From an uncultured Pseudomonadales bacterium (GTDB lineage: Bacteria > Pseudomonadota > Gammaproteobacteria > Pseudomonadales > Porticoccaceae): a stretch of 64,000 bases of DNA. Where the stretch lies: contig CALSSZ010000008.1 of the NCBI GenBank assembly GCA_943789145.1, positions 5,433 through 69,432 on the forward strand. Direction: 5' to 3'. Under the pieces are notes generated by a model. It made no database searches, was not told where the DNA came from, and saw only the letters and a program-made list of their open reading frames with translations. The position numbers were made by a program, and so were the translations under genes. Positions 1 to 9,102 of the stretch are shown here, in pieces; the first letter of the stretch is position 1, and every line of letters starts with the position of its first letter.

Positions 1-662
1 AGCTGCTATTGCACAAGCATCGCTGCAAGCTGTGCAACACCTCCATGGATAGCTATCTGCTCGACGAGACCCGCAAATTGCATGTCTGTGGTAATAACCC
101 GGACTGTATTGGTCATGAGGTAGAGTTTGGCCAGTATGTGATCAAAGGCTATGAGGGCCCGGTGATTGACTGCGATAAATGTGGCAGCGAGATGCAGCTT
201 AAGACGGGTCGCTTTGGCAAATACTTTGGCTGTACCGGCGAAACGGAGCCCGATGTTCCCTGCAAAAATACGCGCAAATTGTTGCGCAATGGTGAGGCCG
301 CGCCGCCCAAGGTAGACCCTATTGCTATGCCAGAACTGCGCTGTGTCAAAGTTGAAGACCATTATGTATTGCGCGATGGTGCCTCGGGTATATTTCTTGC
401 CGCCAGCCAGTTCCCGCGACACCGCGAAACTCGGGCACCAACCGTAGAAGAGCTATTGCCCTACAAAGATCGCATTGATGAGAAGTACCAGTTTTTGCTT
501 ACAGCCCCGGTGTTAGATCCGGAGGGAAGGCCCACAGTCATTCGCTATAGCCGCAAAACCAAAGAGCAGTATGTGCGCAGTGAAGACGATGGCAAGCCCA
601 CCGGCTGGAGTGCTTTTTACAGTAATGGCAACTGGAAGCCTGCTGAAAAAGGCAGCAGTTAG
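1..662 (+). CDS. topA: DNA topoisomerase I, C-terminal part (5' truncated by window edge)
   Basis: Repeated zinc-ribbon motifs (CKLC...[12 protein letters not shown]...GRFGKYFGC) and the [22 protein letters not shown] segment typical of the gammaproteobacterial TopA C-terminus. Confidence 0.95.
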   Translation, partial: LLLHKHRCKLCNTSMDSYLLDETRKLHVCGNNPDCIGHEVEFGQYVIKGYEGPVIDCDKCGSEMQLKTGRFGKYFGCTGETEPDVPCKNTRKLLRNGEAAPPKVDPIAMPELRCVKVEDHYVLRDGASGIFLAASQFPRHRETRAPTVEELLPYKDRIDEKYQFLLTAPVLDPEGRPTVIRYSRKTKEQYVRSEDDGKPTGWSAFYSNGNWKPAEKGSS

Positions 663-667
663 AAAGC

Positions 668-1180
668 GTGGCTCAGTCGACTTATCTGTCTGCGGTTAAT
701 CAGAAATGTCTGTTTGCGGCTCAATTGCTGGCCTCGGCCAATAAAAAAAACAGCCATCAGACAGTGGCCCTGGTGCAGTCCGTAGCGCTGCAGCTCTATC
801 AGGCCTGGCACTGGCATCTCTGTGATATTGCCAGTAGCTATAAGGTCGCCGAACCAGATAGAGTTACAGATGCTGACAATCTTGTGGAGATGCTTGAGGC
901 AATGGGCAAGTGTCCAGCCGAAGCCTCGGAGGTGCGCAGTTTGTTAGCCGACAGAGACTCATGGGCCTCGCAGCTATTAACTGCCCATGCCCAGCTGTAT
1001 CAATTGCCTCAGATACGCAGAGCAGAAATGGATGTAGACAGACTGCCCATGATCGCCGTAGATGCCCTGGCGGCTGATGGTCAGCAGCAGGTTGAATGGG
1101 ATGTTGAGATGGCACAGAATTGGCTGGATAAAATGTGTGAACTTACAGAGCGACACCGGGATTTGATGGTGGAGTTTTAA
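668..1180 (+). CDS. Conserved hypothetical protein (DUF6586-like)
   Basis: 170-aa ORF with GTG start directly after topA; N-terminal NQK..FA and C-terminal ..EF pattern recalled from genes at this position in related genomes. Confidence 0.7.
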   Translation: MAQSTYLSAVNQKCLFAAQLLASANKKNSHQTVALVQSVALQLYQAWHWHLCDIASSYKVAEPDRVTDADNLVEMLEAMGKCPAEASEVRSLLADRDSWASQLLTAHAQLYQLPQIRRAEMDVDRLPMIAVDALAADGQQQVEWDVEMAQNWLDKMCELTERHRDLMVEF

Positions 1181-1263
1181 CCATTAGCACAGAGCTGCTA
1201 AACTTAGATAATAGATGCAGCCAAACACAGATATCACTACGCAGAATAGCTAGGAAGTAAAAC

Positions 1264-1509
1264 ATGGCTCTAACAGAGTTTGAATTGATTATGCTTGAAG
1301 ACGGAGAGGTTGCACTGCAGCGATCCGGTTCCGATCAGCCACTGGTGCGTATCAGTTTCTCGAAAGAGGTTCTGGACTATCTGGAGGGCAAGCATCTGGA
1401 TGTTGCCAAGAGCATGATGGACGCCGGCATTCAGACTGTGTTTGATATCAACGAAGAGCGTGCGCCAGCGACTGTAGAGGGCGATGAAAAGCGCCACACA
1501 GTCCACTAA
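1264..1509 (+). CDS. Small acidic conserved hypothetical protein
   Basis: 81-aa ORF preceded by [21 protein letters not shown]...PLVRISFS; ends in the HTVH-type tail common in small proteobacterial proteins. Confidence 0.75.
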   Translation: MALTEFELIMLEDGEVALQRSGSDQPLVRISFSKEVLDYLEGKHLDVAKSMMDAGIQTVFDINEERAPATVEGDEKRHTVH

Positions 1510-1538
1510 ACAGAGTTGTCAGCCTTACCGGCTCGCCT

Positions 1539-1895
1539 ATGGAAAACACTGACCTATTACAGAAACTGGCCCAGCAGCGGCAGGTAGCCAGCTTTCGCCA
1601 ACATTTAATGATCTGCACTGCGGGCAAATGCGCGCCGCCAGACCAGGCTGGCGAAGCCTGGGATTATTTAAAACGGCGCATCCGCGAACTGAATCTAATG
1701 GATGTTGAGTCCGGAGTATACAGATCAAAGGTGGACTGCCTGAGAATCTGTCGTCAGGGGCCAATTATGCTCAGCTATCCGGACGGAACCTGGTATCACA
1801 GCTGCAGCCCGGACGTGATTGAGAGAATATTGCAGGAGCATGTGCTCGGCGGCCAGCCAGTGAAAGACTACGCCTTTGCCCAGAGTAATCTCTAA
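1539..1895 (+). CDS. Thioredoxin-like [2Fe-2S] ferredoxin
   Basis: ICTAGKC...[20 protein letters not shown]...[12 protein letters not shown] family signature with four Cys. Confidence 0.88.
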   Translation: MENTDLLQKLAQQRQVASFRQHLMICTAGKCAPPDQAGEAWDYLKRRIRELNLMDVESGVYRSKVDCLRICRQGPIMLSYPDGTWYHSCSPDVIERILQEHVLGGQPVKDYAFAQSNL

Positions 1896-1913
1896 ACCAG
1901 CGCCCGCAAATTT

Positions 1914-2519
1914 CTAGATAGCAACCCTGACAACACCCACAGCCAGACCTTCGATAGCAAAGTCCTGGGCGCGTAAATCCACCACAATGGGAGAGTATTG
2001 CTGATTCTCCGGCAGCAGCTGAATCTCGTGCTTGCTGCGGGTTCTCTTTAGTCGCTTCACTGTGACCTCACCATCGACCCGCGCCACTACAATCTGCTGG
2101 TTTTCAGCTGTGGGCTGCTGGTGAACTGCCAGCAGATCGCCATCCATAATGCCTACATCGACCATACTCTGGCCCTGTACGCGCAGAAAATAGTCCGCAT
2201 GAGGGTGGAAACTGCCCGCTGGCATCTCCTGGTAGTCCTCAATATTTTGCTCAGCCAGTATAGGCTCACCGGCAGCTACGCGGCCGACAATGGGAATGCC
2301 ATTAAACTGGTCGACAACTCTAATCCCTCTTGAGGCGCCGGGAATCATCTCAATAACCCCTTTGCGAGCCAGGGCGCGCAGATGGTCTTCTGCCGCATTG
2401 GCCGAGCGGAAACCCAGTGTCTGAGCAATCTCTGCCCTGGTCGGTGGGTAGCCTGTCTCGTCGAGATTATCCTTTATCAGATCAAACACTTGCTGCTGTC
2501 GGGCGGTAAGACGTTCCAT
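1914..2519 (-). CDS. lexA: SOS repressor LexA
   Basis: wHTH LTARQ...PPTRAEIA...HLRALARKG, Ala-Gly cleavage site (VAAGEP), catalytic Ser (GQSM) and Lys (VTVKR); start placed at ATG 2519 after a GAGG RBS. Confidence 0.97.
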   Translation of the reverse strand: MERLTARQQQVFDLIKDNLDETGYPPTRAEIAQTLGFRSANAAEDHLRALARKGVIEMIPGASRGIRVVDQFNGIPIVGRVAAGEPILAEQNIEDYQEMPAGSFHPHADYFLRVQGQSMVDVGIMDGDLLAVHQQPTAENQQIVVARVDGEVTVKRLKRTRSKHEIQLLPENQQYSPIVVDLRAQDFAIEGLAVGVVRVAI

Positions 2520-2542
2520 ATGCTTTTCCTCTTGTCGTATGA

Positions 2543-2558
2543 CTGTGATTATATACAG
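2543..2558. promoter_or_regulatory. SOS box (LexA operator)
   Basis: CTGT-GATTATAT-ACAG, an exact CTGT-N8-ACAG about 24 bp upstream of lexA. Confidence 0.92.
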
Positions 2559-2611
2559 TATTCGAAAAATCGCAATAGGGTCTATATTTAAAGTAAAACA
2601 GAGGTAAAAAA

Positions 2612-3289
2612 ATGCTTGAAGCAAAGGTACAGGAAGCTTGGCGCGTTCTGCGCATACAGTCTGAATTAGTCGATGGAACAGATAGACTCCTAAAGTTGGG
2701 GGCAGCGGTCACCGTATTTGGCGGTGCCAGATTTGAGCCTGAGTCACAACATTATCAGCAGGCACAGATTCTCGGCGATTTGCTGGGTCGGCAAGGGGTG
2801 CCAGTGATTACCGGCGGTGGTCCGGGCATTATGGAGGGCGCGAATCGCGGCTGTCACTCTACAGCTGCGCCATCAGTGGGGCTAAATATTGAGCTGCCCT
2901 TTGAACAGACCAGCAATCCCTATCAGGATATATCGCTGGATTTTCGCTATTTTTTCGTGCGCAAGTATCTGTTTGTCAAACATGCGGTGGGCTTTGTGAT
3001 ATTTCCGGGTGGCTATGGCACTCTGGATGAGCTATTCGAGGCGCTGACCCTGGTACAGACTGGCAAGGTGAAGCCATTCCCCATTATTCTGGTGGGTTGC
3101 GACTACTGGGCGGGGCTGGTCGATTGGATTGTGCAGCGCATGCAGGATCAGGGCTGTATCTCAGAGGATGAACTGAGTCTGTTTAAACTGGTAGACAGCA
3201 GCCAAGAGGCCGCAGCACTGATACTGCAGCATATTCAACGGGAAGCGTCTGAGTTTGAACCCGAGCCAGGCGCGGAGCCCAGCCCTTAA
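2612..3289 (+). CDS. LOG family (TIGR00730) nucleotide phosphoribohydrolase
   Basis: [19 protein letters not shown] and PGGYGTLDE motifs. Confidence 0.92.
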   Translation: MLEAKVQEAWRVLRIQSELVDGTDRLLKLGAAVTVFGGARFEPESQHYQQAQILGDLLGRQGVPVITGGGPGIMEGANRGCHSTAAPSVGLNIELPFEQTSNPYQDISLDFRYFFVRKYLFVKHAVGFVIFPGGYGTLDELFEALTLVQTGKVKPFPIILVGCDYWAGLVDWIVQRMQDQGCISEDELSLFKLVDSSQEAAALILQHIQREASEFEPEPGAEPSP

Positions 3290-3603
3290 AATTCATCCCA
3301 GCCAAACTGGGAATCTGGTTCCAGGCCCGCCAGAACATCAGTGCCTGGTGCTGGCATAATAATATCGTCAGAGAAAAGACGCTGTTCCTCGCTGAGATCG
3401 AAGAGACTGCGCCAGTCCTGGGGCGGATCAGCCTGAGAGACTGACATCTGTGCCCATTGCTCCAGATCTATCTGGTCAATTTCCCCGTCTTCATACCTGA
3501 TATCTATGGTTGCGCAGTACTGATCCTGACCAATAATCTCGAACAGCCGATTGATGGCGATATCCTGATACCACTGGCCCATGGTTGGAAGTTGAGTTGC
3601 CAT
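3286..3603 (-). CDS. Acidic conserved hypothetical protein (DUF6763-like)
   Basis: Start MATQLP at 3603 after AGGAG; GQWYQD...FEI...Y.DGEIDQIDLEQW pattern. Confidence 0.7.
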   Translation of the reverse strand: MATQLPTMGQWYQDIAINRLFEIIGQDQYCATIDIRYEDGEIDQIDLEQWAQMSVSQADPPQDWRSLFDLSEEQRLFSDDIIMPAPGTDVLAGLEPDSQFGWDEF

Positions 3604-3854
3604 AACAGTTCTCCTGACTAAGCTGCGACGGCTAAAATTACCATTAATCAGAGACCTCCGCATGGAAATTATTTTTCCACTCAAGAGCGAAGTTGGCGTG
3701 CAAATGCGATGTAGATTTTTACATAGATTATCTAAGCCACTCAAAAATATAATATTATTTTTTCTGGGCTGAAATTTGTTTCATGGTTAAAATAGCTGGG
3801 TGGAATAGCGCTACTGGGTTAAATAATAAATCCGTCTAAACAGGAAATTTTTCA

Positions 3855-4874
3855 ATGGCATATGGACGTCTGATGCTGGATCTGGCTGGCACTGAACTGA
3901 CAGCAGCAGAGCAGCAATTATTGCACAGCCCTCAGGTGGGCGGCGTTATTCTGTTTGCCCGCAATATTCAGAGTCGCGAGCAGGTGACTGCGCTCAATGC
4001 CCAGATTCGCCAGGCCTCAGATCACCTGTTGATTGCAGTTGACCAGGAGGGAGGCCGTGTGCAGCGCTTGCGTCAGGGCTTTACCCCATTTCCGCCAATG
4101 CAGGCGCTGGGCGATGCTGTGGCTGAGAACCTGGAGGCAGGCATGCAGCTGGTGCGCGATACCGGCTGGCTAATGGCTTCTGAGGTGCTGGCCTGCGGCT
4201 TTGATATCAGCTTTGCCCCGGTATTGGATGTGGATAGAGATACCAGCAGTATTATTGGCGACCGGGCTTTTTCTGATAACCCCGAGTCGGTTGTTAAACT
4301 GGCGGGAGCCTTTATTGAGGGCATGCATGAAGCAGGCATGGCAGCCACGGGCAAACATTTTCCCGGTCATGGCGGCATTGTGGCCGACAGCCATCTGGAG
4401 GCACCTGTGGATTCCAGAAGCTGGCAGCAGGTAATGGACCACGACCTCAAACCCTTTGGCGCGCTGTCCAAACTGTTGGATGGGGTGATGCCCGCGCATA
4501 TTACCTTTCCCGCAATCGATCCAGATTCCGTGGGTTTCTCGCCTTTTTGGTTGCAGCAGGTACTCAGACAGCAGCTGGGCTTTGATGGGGTGATCTTTAG
4601 CGATGATCTGAGTATGAAGGGCGCAGATGTGGCCGGTGGCTACACTGATAAGGCACGGCTGGCACTGGATGCTGGTTGCGATATGATTCTGGTGTGCAAT
4701 TGCCCAGAGGGCGCCATGGAGGTGCTGGATATGATGGAGCGCCAGGCACTGGCAGGTTCTGATAGGATTGCCGCCATGCGCGGCGCACATTCTGTAGACT
4801 GGGACAGACTCTGCGCAGATCCCAGGCGCAATAAAATTATTCAACAACTCGAAGAAATAAGTCGGAGCAGGTAA
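3855..4874 (+). CDS. nagZ: Beta-N-acetylhexosaminidase (GH3, peptidoglycan recycling)
   Basis: GGVILFARN, DQEGGRVQR, KHFPGHG...DSH and SDDL motifs. Confidence 0.96.
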   Translation: MAYGRLMLDLAGTELTAAEQQLLHSPQVGGVILFARNIQSREQVTALNAQIRQASDHLLIAVDQEGGRVQRLRQGFTPFPPMQALGDAVAENLEAGMQLVRDTGWLMASEVLACGFDISFAPVLDVDRDTSSIIGDRAFSDNPESVVKLAGAFIEGMHEAGMAATGKHFPGHGGIVADSHLEAPVDSRSWQQVMDHDLKPFGALSKLLDGVMPAHITFPAIDPDSVGFSPFWLQQVLRQQLGFDGVIFSDDLSMKGADVAGGYTDKARLALDAGCDMILVCNCPEGAMEVLDMMERQALAGSDRIAAMRGAHSVDWDRLCADPRRNKIIQQLEEISRSR

Positions 4875-4879
4875 TCATT

Positions 4880-5974
4880 ATGAATGCGATCGAAAATTGG
4901 TTTGTCAGCTTGGCTGGTGCTGACAACCTATGGATAGTCAATCTGTTTATTATTGTTCTCGCGGCCCTCACCGCGGGCTATATTCTCAATAAAATTATTG
5001 ACCGTCTGGAACTTCATGCCGAGAAGTCAAAAACGGTGTGGGATGACGCCTTTATCGAGGCCTGCCGCAAGCCAGCGATCTGGCTGGTATGGATTCTTGG
5101 AGTTAATTTTGCCGCCAGTGTAGCGGCGCAAAAAATGGGCTCGCCCCTGCAGAACCTGATTGACCCGATAAATCGCCTGGCGGTGATATTTCTGGGTGCG
5201 CTGTTTGTAAATAACTTTATCAAGCGCGCCGAACGCAACCTGGTGCACCCGGACTATATAGCCAAGCCTATGGATACAACCACAGTTATTGCTATAGGCA
5301 AGCTGCTGCGCGCCTCGGTGATAATCACCGCCATACTGGTGGCTCTGCAGCTGTTTGGTTACAGCATTTCGGGGCTGCTGGCCTTTGGTGGTATAGGGGG
5401 CATTGCAGTGGGCTTTGCGGCAAAAGATCTGTTGGCCAACTTTTTTGGTGGCCTGATGATCTATCTGGACCGTCCATTCTCTGTGGGAGACTGGGTACGC
5501 TCGCCGGATAAAGAAATTGAGGGAACTGTAGAGGATATAGGTTGGCGGTTGACCCGCATAAGAACCTTCGACAAGCGGCCCCTGTATATCCCCAATTCAG
5601 CCTTTGCCAGTATCTCTGTGGAGAATCCCTCTCGCATGAGTAACCGCCGCATCTACGAGACTGTGGGAATTCGCTACGCGGATATCAATGCTATGGACTC
5701 TATAATAGATCAGGTGACCGCCATGCTGATGGAGCATCCGGAGATTGATACCCAGCAGACAATGATCGTCAACTTTAATCGCTTCTCAGAGAGCTCTCTG
5801 GACTTTTTTATCTACACCTTTACCAAGACCACTGACTGGATTCTGTTCCACAAAATCAAGCAGGATATATTGCTTAGAGTGGCGGCGATTATTGAGGCCA
5901 ATCAGGCAGAAATTGCCTTTCCAACATCTACATTACATATTGAAGGGCAGGATGATCTACTGGCTGGAGAGTAG
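4880..5974 (+). CDS. MscS family mechanosensitive channel (YnaI-like)
   Basis: N-terminal TM helices, GGIAVGFAAKDLLANFFGG, GTVEDIGWRLTRIRTFD, IAFPT. Confidence 0.93.
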   Translation: MNAIENWFVSLAGADNLWIVNLFIIVLAALTAGYILNKIIDRLELHAEKSKTVWDDAFIEACRKPAIWLVWILGVNFAASVAAQKMGSPLQNLIDPINRLAVIFLGALFVNNFIKRAERNLVHPDYIAKPMDTTTVIAIGKLLRASVIITAILVALQLFGYSISGLLAFGGIGGIAVGFAAKDLLANFFGGLMIYLDRPFSVGDWVRSPDKEIEGTVEDIGWRLTRIRTFDKRPLYIPNSAFASISVENPSRMSNRRIYETVGIRYADINAMDSIIDQVTAMLMEHPEIDTQQTMIVNFNRFSESSLDFFIYTFTKTTDWILFHKIKQDILLRVAAIIEANQAEIAFPTSTLHIEGQDDLLAGE

Positions 5975-6266
5975 TTTTCAGGAGCGCTGAGTTATGCAGA
6001 TGGATAAAATGTAGTAACTGACTGGAAATTTGGCCTCTCAGCATCTACATTTCTTCAGTAAGTATTTACTGTAAGCAGATTGCGGTAGAAACTTCAGAGG
6101 TTCTCTTTTAGCAATATGGATGTTTCAAGAGGCGAATGCGGGTAGCCCAGTGTTAGAGGGTAGAGGCTGCCTAGTGATAGGGATATCGTATCATGAGCTT
6201 TTTAAGTTGGGCTGGGCATTTCTGTCCGGCTTTCTCAGTTGTTAGGTTCCCTGGGGGGCATGGCAA

Positions 6267-7223
6267 ATGCTAGCCGCTGCCCGCCGTTCAGTTTCCTGTT
6301 TCTTCAGTTTGATCCTGGTCTGTGCCGGTTGGGGTTTACTGGGCCTGGCGACCTTTGATTATGTGGCATCGCAATTTTTTGCTGTGATTCCCGGATCAAC
6401 TCAGATGCAAATTTGGTGTGGTCTTCTGGGCATGGCCATCAGCAGCTGTGTGACTTTTTTAGGGCACAATCAGATTGTTCAAGAGATTTTGCCTGCTCTG
6501 GTTGCGCGTCTGCCTGGCTACAGTTTATTGCATAGCTGTTGCAGCTGGTTGCACAGTATTTTAAAGCGCTTTTATTCTCTGCTCTATCAGACCGCCGATG
6601 TTATTTTTTGTGTTGGGATTCCTATATTAATTCTCACCTCTATGGTGGGCTGGTGGCTTGTAGAGGAAGTAAACGGCTCCATGCTGCTGTTCTATATTGG
6701 GCTTATTAGCGTTATTGCGGTGGCCGGAATTTACAACAATGCAGTGCGCATGCTGGCGCTGGGTTATTTCAATGGCTACTGGATTATTGACGATAATAAA
6801 CTGGCCTACCCCTTTGAGGCGCCCATGCTGGTAGATGAAACTACAGGGTTAATGCTGGGGCAGATGGGCAATGCACTCTGGCCGATGATGATCATAGTCG
6901 GGGTGCTGTTTTACTTTTGCTATTGGCTGATGACCTGCAGGCGCTTTCTGGCTGAGGGCGATGGGCAGGATCAGATAATAAGTTTTGAGAAACTGTTTAA
7001 ACAGTCCCTGGTCACCAGGCTATTGGTGCTGGCTATTCTGTTGCTGGGGTCAGTGGCTGCCTTTATATTTATCAGTGCCATGGAGGACCTTATCAATATC
7101 CACTGCTTTTTCGCCACATTGGCAATTTTCTGGCTGGATGCCCTGTGGCGGGTTGAGTTTGAGTCAGAGCCGACACTCTGTGGCGACTGCAGATATTTAC
7201 TGTCCGGTCAATGGCGACCCTGA
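6267..7223 (+). CDS. Hypothetical multi-pass membrane protein
   Basis: 318-aa ORF with several hydrophobic segments; no family recognised; start uncertain. Confidence 0.55.
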   Translation: MLAAARRSVSCFFSLILVCAGWGLLGLATFDYVASQFFAVIPGSTQMQIWCGLLGMAISSCVTFLGHNQIVQEILPALVARLPGYSLLHSCCSWLHSILKRFYSLLYQTADVIFCVGIPILILTSMVGWWLVEEVNGSMLLFYIGLISVIAVAGIYNNAVRMLALGYFNGYWIIDDNKLAYPFEAPMLVDETTGLMLGQMGNALWPMMIIVGVLFYFCYWLMTCRRFLAEGDGQDQIISFEKLFKQSLVTRLLVLAILLLGSVAAFIFISAMEDLINIHCFFATLAIFWLDALWRVEFESEPTLCGDCRYLLSGQWRP

Positions 7224-7280
7224 GAACAGTTTTGCCGCGTATAATGGGACTCAGTTTTTAATGCTATTCAGGAAAGGCTT

Positions 7281-7826
7281 ATGCGTTTGCTTACCGTGGC
7301 TGTTGTGTCTCTCAGCCTGTGGGGATGTCTGGGGGCACCCGAGGGTGTAGAACCTGTTAATAATTTTAAGCTAGAGTCCTATCTGGGGCGATGGTATGAA
7401 ATTGCCCGGTTAGATCACTCCTTTGAGCGCGGTTTGCATCAGGTCACTGCAGACTATTCTGTCCGTGATGATGGCGGTATAAGAGTGATCAATAGTGGTC
7501 GATCTGCGCAGACGGGGGAGCGCAGCGAGGCGGAGGGACGAGCCTACTTTGTAGAGAACGAGGATGTTGGCTATCTCAAAGTGTCTTTTTTTGGGCCATT
7601 TTTTGGCTCCTATATTATCTTTGACCTGGATGCCGATTATCAATACGCCTTTGTGGCCGGCAACAGCACGGATTATCTGTGGCTGCTGGCGCGCACTCCG
7701 CAGGTTTCAGACCAGGTTGTGGCGCGATTTTTAGCTCGGGCAGAGGCGCTGGGTTTTGATACTCAGCAACTGATCTATGTGCAGCAGTTGCCTGAAGATA
7801 GCAAAGAGCCACCTGCAGAAGGGTAA
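7281..7826 (+). CDS. blc: Bacterial lipocalin lipoprotein
   Basis: Lipobox LWGC, YLGRWYEIARLDHSFE, LKVSFFGPF and YLWLLARTP. Confidence 0.93.
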   Translation: MRLLTVAVVSLSLWGCLGAPEGVEPVNNFKLESYLGRWYEIARLDHSFERGLHQVTADYSVRDDGGIRVINSGRSAQTGERSEAEGRAYFVENEDVGYLKVSFFGPFFGSYIIFDLDADYQYAFVAGNSTDYLWLLARTPQVSDQVVARFLARAEALGFDTQQLIYVQQLPEDSKEPPAEG

Positions 7827-7837
7827 CAAAAACAAGT

Positions 7838-9082
7838 CTACTCTGAGGTTAGGTCGCCAATCTCTTCACCGATCCTGTCGACGCTCTCGGCAGGGGGCTG
7901 TGGGTTTAGCAGAACGGGTTCGTAGCTTTTAATACTCAGCATAATGCCCATCTTGGGGTGATCTATATAGTAGACCTCGTTTTCGTCCAGGCGCATGGAC
8001 TTTTTTAATGTCCACAGCTCGGTCACTGGATACTGTTTGGGTTTAGCTGATTGCTGATTTGTTAGCTCAAGTAGTTGCTGGCTGGCCTGGGGATGGATTC
8101 CTGCCAAACCCTCTAACCTCTCGAACCCCTCTAAATCTTCCAGGCTTGCCGGGTTATCCATATCCAGGCCCTGAAACCGGTCAATATCCATCGGCTGCAG
8201 GCTGGCCAGGTTGGAATAATAGTCCTGGCTGTGCTGGGTTGTGGGTAGTTCGGGCTGGGCTGCTGTAGGCAGATCAGGTAGCTCAATAAGCTGAGTGCTG
8301 TCATTGCTAAACTGCGCCAGCCACAGGTTGCTTTGAAAGTGCACAAAGCGGGATCTGTAAAAGCGCAGCGACCCTTCAATCTGATGGCGGTCGTCAAGTT
8401 GCTGTCCGGCTTTTATCAGCAGCCATGGGTCATTTTCTTCCCCCTGGCTGGCAAAGCGCCAGGCATTGTGAAACACCACATTATAGCCGCGACGATCCAG
8501 CGCCAGTGCACTCTGGTTAAGATCGCGAAATTCGCTGTCAAGCAATAGCAGCGGCTGCTCGTATCTGGGTTGATAGGCGCTGCCATCAGCGAGCTGCTGA
8601 TCCAGAGCCTGGGCTTCGGCAAGACGCTGTGCTGCAAGGGTTATGGCATCTGCCTCGACGCGCTGGCCCTGAAACTGCGAGATAGCCGGGTCCTCAACCT
8701 GTGCCCGGGGAATAAATCTGGGTTGAGGCTCAGTTTTCGGGTCCTGAAATCTGCCCACACTTAACAGAGCGCCCTCGGCGATTGGCGGAGTGGATCCATT
8801 ATGGGTCAAGCGGGGGTCTATGAGGACTTGCCAGTTTTCTGGAAAGGCTAGCTGGTAGTCCAGAGGAGGCGCTTCAGTACCGGTATTTCCCTGTTGGGTA
8901 AAAAGTATAACTTCAACCTGATACCAGTTATCTGGAGGAATAATCTGTTGCGAGTTGTTCTCCGGGGTTTCTTCAGCCACTGTTGCGACTGAGACAGCAA
9001 AGCCCAGAACCCAGCTGAGGCAGACTAATCTACTGTGCTTCAGTGCTTGCAAAGTCTCTGTTTGGATGCTGCTCTGGGTCAT
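7838..9082 (-). CDS. CsiV family peptidoglycan-binding protein
   Basis: WYQVEVILF N-terminal motif, FHNAWR, YYIDHPKMGIML C-terminal motif; lies directly downstream of mfd. Confidence 0.82.
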   Translation of the reverse strand: MTQSSIQTETLQALKHSRLVCLSWVLGFAVSVATVAEETPENNSQQIIPPDNWYQVEVILFTQQGNTGTEAPPLDYQLAFPENWQVLIDPRLTHNGSTPPIAEGALLSVGRFQDPKTEPQPRFIPRAQVEDPAISQFQGQRVEADAITLAAQRLAEAQALDQQLADGSAYQPRYEQPLLLLDSEFRDLNQSALALDRRGYNVVFHNAWRFASQGEENDPWLLIKAGQQLDDRHQIEGSLRFYRSRFVHFQSNLWLAQFSNDSTQLIELPDLPTAAQPELPTTQHSQDYYSNLASLQPMDIDRFQGLDMDNPASLEDLEGFERLEGLAGIHPQASQQLLELTNQQSAKPKQYPVTELWTLKKSMRLDENEVYYIDHPKMGIMLSIKSYEPVLLNPQPPAESVDRIGEEIGDLTSE

Positions 9083-9102
9083 TATCGTTCCCTGTTATAG
9101 GC

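Noticed and set aside
2520..2624. N-terminal extension of LexA in the ORF track (similar extensions on mfd, nqrC, lolD, apbE, betA)
   Set aside because: Longest-ORF artefact; downstream starts fit the RBS and family length, and the extensions cover regulatory DNA or neighbouring genes
4170..4847. Long antisense ORFs (also 11437-12153, 19806-20399, 58855-59532 and others)
   Set aside because: They are shadows of well-supported genes on the opposite strand and contain no recognisable motifs
6159..6170. GGTAGAGGCTGC also present at 39670-39681
   Set aside because: Only a 12-nt match in unrelated contexts; compatible with chance
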